DNA of 64,000 nt from Gammaproteobacteria bacterium (GTDB lineage Bacteria > Pseudomonadota > Gammaproteobacteria > Eutrophobiales > Eutrophobiaceae): assembly GCA_963422205.2 (NCBI GenBank), contig CAXMWX010000001.1, positions 288,001-352,000 of the forward strand, in the 5' to 3' direction. The notes under the pieces are model-generated. The model was not told the origin of the DNA and ran no database searches. It was given only the letters and a program-made list of their open reading frames with translations. A program made the position numbers and the translations under genes. Below are positions 60,477 to 64,000 of this stretch, piece by piece (positions within the stretch are counted from its first letter, which is position 1; the number at the start of each line of letters is the position of its first letter).

Positions 60477-61997
60477 ATGTCATTGAGTAAAGAAAATACC
60501 CCCATCATCGGGATCGTTGGTGCTGGCATCATGGGGCGCGGGATCGCGCAGTTGTGCCTGCAATCGGGCTTTCAGGTGAGGCTCTATGATGCCGATGCCG
60601 CCGCCTGCCAGGCCGCCGCCGAGTACATCTTCACGATGCTGCAAAAGCTGGTCGACAAGGACAAACTCACCGCCGCCCAGCTGGCTGCCAGCCGGCACAG
60701 GCTGAACCTGTGCGATAGCCCGGCAGGGTTGGCCGGTTGTGCTGTCGTGATCGAGGCGATCGTTGAGGATCTGGCGATAAAGCAACAACTCTTTGCCAAG
60801 CTGGAGGGCATCGTCTCAGCCAGCACGGTGCTTGCCAGCAACACATCATCTTTGTTGATCGCTGATATTGCCGCCGCCTGTCAGCGCCCGGAGCGTGTGT
60901 GCGGCCTGCATTTTTTTAACCCGGTGCCGTTGATGCCGCTGGTGGAAGTGATACCGGGGGTGAGGACGGCCCGGCAGTGCATCAGCGATGTTGTTGCCCT
61001 GGTCAACCGCACCGGTCATCGGCCTGTTATCGCCCAGGATCAGCCCGGCTTTTTGGTCAATCATGCCGGTCGTGCCTATTACACCGAGGCACTGAAGATC
61101 ATGGAGGAGGGGATCGCCGATGCGGTTGCCATCGATCGGGTGATGCGCGAGGGCTTGGGGTTTCGCATGGGCCCGCTGGAGTTGATGGACTTGACCGGTC
61201 TGGATGTTTCAGGCCGGGTGATGCAGTCTGTCTATGAGCAGTTCCAGCATGATCCCTGGTATCGCCCCTCGGCCTTGATCGCACCGCGCATCTCGGCAGG
61301 ACTCCATGGCCGCAAGACCGGGGAGGGATTTTATCGTTATGAGGAAGGTGTGCAGGCAGTGCCGGCTGAACCTGCCGTGCCAGCGGGCAGCTGCCGTGAT
61401 GTCTGGGTGAGTGATGATGTGACGGCTGGGCTGGTGGACAGGCTACGGGCTAATGGGGCGAGACTGGTGGATACGCCGCATGGCGAGCAAACCATTCATA
61501 TCCTGCAATTCTGGGGCAAAGATGTGAGCCATGTCGCCGCTGCCAGGCAACTCAATCCGGCGCTTTGTGTGGCGGTTGATCCCCTGCCAGCGCTGGAGGG
61601 GAGGCGTACCCTGATGGTATCGCCAGTGACCCGTGCGGTGATACGGGACAGCGCCCATGCGCTGTTGGCCGCTGACGGGGTGCCGGTGACCGTGATCAAT
61701 GACAGCCCGGGATTTATCAGCCAGCGAATCCTGGCCATGATGGTGAATATTGCCTGCCATATCGTCCAGCGCCGGATTGCCTCGGTGGCTGATCTGGAGG
61801 CTGCCGTTACGCTTGGTCTGGGCTATCCGCAAGGCCCCTTGGCCTGGGGTGATGCGGTCGGGGCTGGCCGGATAGCGGAGATTCTGCACAATATACACCA
61901 GCTTACCGCCGACCCGCGCTACCGTGCCGCGTTGTGGTTGCGCCGGCGGGCCGAGTTGTCACTGTCTCTGCGGGCAGAAGAGCATGACCGGCACTGA
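60477..61997 (+). CDS. 3-hydroxyacyl-CoA dehydrogenase (PaaH-like)
   Basis: Motifs GAGIMG.GIAQ, ASNTSS, GLHFFNPVP and a duplicated C-terminal domain. Confidence 0.9.
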   Translation: MSLSKENTPIIGIVGAGIMGRGIAQLCLQSGFQVRLYDADAAACQAAAEYIFTMLQKLVDKDKLTAAQLAASRHRLNLCDSPAGLAGCAVVIEAIVEDLAIKQQLFAKLEGIVSASTVLASNTSSLLIADIAAACQRPERVCGLHFFNPVPLMPLVEVIPGVRTARQCISDVVALVNRTGHRPVIAQDQPGFLVNHAGRAYYTEALKIMEEGIADAVAIDRVMREGLGFRMGPLELMDLTGLDVSGRVMQSVYEQFQHDPWYRPSALIAPRISAGLHGRKTGEGFYRYEEGVQAVPAEPAVPAGSCRDVWVSDDVTAGLVDRLRANGARLVDTPHGEQTIHILQFWGKDVSHVAAARQLNPALCVAVDPLPALEGRRTLMVSPVTRAVIRDSAHALLAADGVPVTVINDSPGFISQRILAMMVNIACHIVQRRIASVADLEAAVTLGLGYPQGPLAWGDAVGAGRIAEILHNIHQLTADPRYRAALWLRRRAELSLSLRAEEHDRH

Positions 61998-63438
61998 TCC
62001 AGCCAGTGCATCGGCCACGCCCGACAGGCCGGTGAGAACCCGCTTTGCGCCCAGCCCCACGGGCGATCTGCACATCGGCGGGGTACGCACGGCGCTGTTC
62101 TCCTGGCTCTATGCCCGCCATTGCGAGGGGGAGTTTCTGTTGCGGATAGAGGATACCGACCGCAAGCGCTCCACCGAAGAAGCAATCGCCGTCATTTTAA
62201 CCGGCCTTCGGTGGCTGGGGCTGATCGCAGATCAGCCGCCGGTATTGCAATCGCAACGTCTGGACCGGCATAAAAAAGCCATTCAACAACTGCTGGATGC
62301 GGATAAGGCGTATCGGTGTTATTGCACACCCGCCGAGCTTGCCCGGATGCGTGAGCAGGCGATGGCCGATGGCGGCAAGCCGCGTTACGATGGCCGTTGT
62401 CGTGACCGGGCCGACAAGCCTGCGGCCCTTAGGCCCGTGATTCGATTCAAAAACCCGCCGGCGGGCGAGGTGGTGATCGATGATCTGATTCAGGGCCGGG
62501 TGGTGTATCGCAATGCGGAACTGGATGATCTGATCATCGCCCGTGCGGATGGCTCGCCCACGTATAACCTCAGCGTGGTTGTCGATGATGCCGATATGCA
62601 GATCACCCATGTCATTCGCGGGGATGATCATCTCAATAATACCCCCCGGCAGATCAATATCTTTCGGGCGCTGGGGCAAACACCGCCACACTATGCCCAC
62701 CTGCCGCTGATCCTGGGGCCGGATGGCAGCAAGCTCTCCAAGCGTGATGGCAGCACCAGCATCCTGGCCTGCAAGGCGCAGGGCCTGCTGCCGTCAGCCG
62801 TGTTGAATTATCTGGTGCGCCTGGGCTGGTCGCACGGCGATCAGGAAATTTTCTCTCTTGCCGAGATGATCGCCTTGTTTGATGTCAGGCAGGTGAATAA
62901 ATCTGCCGCTGCGCTGAATCTGGAGAAGCTGGCCTGGCTTAACCAGCATTATATGAAGATCAGCCCTGTGGCCGATTTGCTGGCCCTGGCCGAGGCACAG
63001 TTCGAGCGGGCCGGGGTCGCGCTGGCCGATGGCCCGGGATTAACAGAGCTGCTGGCAGTGCAGAAGGAGCGGGTCAAAAATTTGCAGGAACTGGTGGAGC
63101 AAAGCCGGTTTTTCTATGAGGATATCGTTGCATACGATAAGGCGGCGGCAAAGAAACACCTGCGCCCGGCCATCCTGCCAGCGATGGAATTGCTGGCCGG
63201 GCGCCTGGCCGCCCTGACTGAATGGACGGGGGCGGATATCAAGGCCGTCATCGATACGCTTGCGACTGAATTGAACATGAACATGGGCCGGCTTGCCCAG
63301 CCGTTGCGGGTGGCCGTCACCGGCGGGGCAATCTCGCCCGGCATTGATATGACGCTCGCCCTGCTGGGGCCGGACAAGGTGCAACAGCGCCTGCACACCG
63401 CCCTTGAGTATATCCGCCGGCGGGCTCGGGCCGGATAA
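61984..63438 (+). CDS. gltX: Glutamate--tRNA ligase
   Basis: Motifs RFAPSPTG, HIGG, RIEDTD and KLSKR. Start set to ATG 61984. Confidence 0.96.
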   Translation: MTGTDPASASATPDRPVRTRFAPSPTGDLHIGGVRTALFSWLYARHCEGEFLLRIEDTDRKRSTEEAIAVILTGLRWLGLIADQPPVLQSQRLDRHKKAIQQLLDADKAYRCYCTPAELARMREQAMADGGKPRYDGRCRDRADKPAALRPVIRFKNPPAGEVVIDDLIQGRVVYRNAELDDLIIARADGSPTYNLSVVVDDADMQITHVIRGDDHLNNTPRQINIFRALGQTPPHYAHLPLILGPDGSKLSKRDGSTSILACKAQGLLPSAVLNYLVRLGWSHGDQEIFSLAEMIALFDVRQVNKSAAALNLEKLAWLNQHYMKISPVADLLALAEAQFERAGVALADGPGLTELLAVQKERVKNLQELVEQSRFFYEDIVAYDKAAAKKHLRPAILPAMELLAGRLAALTEWTGADIKAVIDTLATELNMNMGRLAQPLRVAVTGGAISPGIDMTLALLGPDKVQQRLHTALEYIRRRARAG

Positions 63439-63589
63439 ATTCACAAACCTGTTACGCCCCCCGCAGGCGATGAGCGGGTGCGATATCACCACGCCGTTTA
63501 TCGCATTTAAAGGCCATTATCGCTTTTATCGCCCGGTTAGCCATGGCCTGGTTAGCTATGCGATAAAAGCCAGTGTGAGCAGCGACAGG

Positions 63590-63614
63590 CCACAGGCCGG
63601 GGCCTGTGGTTTTT
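63590..63614 (+). terminator. Possible intrinsic terminator downstream of gltX
   Basis: CCACAGGC-CGGG-GCCTGTGG followed by TTTTT. Confidence 0.5.
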
Positions 63615-63634
63615 ACGCACTTGGAAAAAAATGC

Positions 63635-63696
63635 TGGACAGGTGTTGACGGGGTGGACAGGTGTTGACGGGGGGGGGGGATAAGGTATCGTACACT
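63635..63696 (+). promoter_or_regulatory. Putative sigma70 promoter with duplicated -35 region and poly-G spacer
   Basis: TGGACAGGTGTTGACGGGG occurs twice in tandem (19 bp), followed by G11 at 63669-63679 and the hexamers TATCGT and TACACT. Confidence 0.5.
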
Positions 63697-63729
63697 ATTA
63701 CCGTGCAAAGCACCAATGGGAGGAATCCA

Positions 63730-63996
63730 ATGAAACGCTATGTCAAACAACTGGGCCAGGGTATGACCGAGTACATTATTATTGTGGCGCTGATTGCTAT
63801 CGCTGCCATCGCTGTCTATACATTCTTTGGCGATACCATACGTGGTCAGACCGCCGCCATGACTCAGGAACTTGCTGGCAAGGATGGTAGTGGAAGCACT
63901 GGCTCTGCTCAAACGGCTGCTGGCAAAGCCGCCACTGAGGGAGCCGCGGTTAAAGGTCTGGGTAATTTCGCTGACGGTCAAGAGGTTAATAATTAA
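63730..63996 (+). CDS. Flp/Tad-type pilin-like protein
   Basis: GQGMTEY prepilin motif followed by hydrophobic IIIVALIAIAAIAV. AGGA ribosome-binding site before ATG 63730. Confidence 0.88.
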   Translation: MKRYVKQLGQGMTEYIIIVALIAIAAIAVYTFFGDTIRGQTAAMTQELAGKDGSGSTGSAQTAAGKAATEGAAVKGLGNFADGQEVNN

Positions 63997-64000
63997 GAAG

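Overview
This is GC-rich chromosomal DNA, most likely from a gammaproteobacterium (lysC-csrA-tRNA-Ser, ABC ATPase-fabI, ubiG, gltX). From left to right it holds: a phosphothreonine signalling cluster (giant membrane Ser/Thr kinase with FGE-like domain, PP2C phosphatase, cyclase-FHA fusion); a divergent PPIase-TpsB-SapC cluster with no visible TpsA; an AT-rich, decayed, probably Bacteroidota-derived defence island (GmrSD-like, Rpn-like, attC-like site) bracketed by IS remnants; a hopanoid-associated operon; class III PHA genes; housekeeping genes; a second small island; a large Caulobacter-type sphingolipid/ceramide-phosphoglycerate cluster with its own LptFG; cofDE; gltX; and a Flp-like pilin. 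The most unusual observation is two families of tiny palindromic elements (about 21-24 bp and 26-30 bp). They occur 13 times (10 independent sites), all inside dead IS481- and IS1595-family elements, and I saw none elsewhere by eye. Removing them in silico restores conserved transposase motifs, and one has a filled/empty site pair within the window. All family assignments come from motif recognition by eye, not database searches. Several frameshifts near 43.1-45.9 kb look like sequencing errors.
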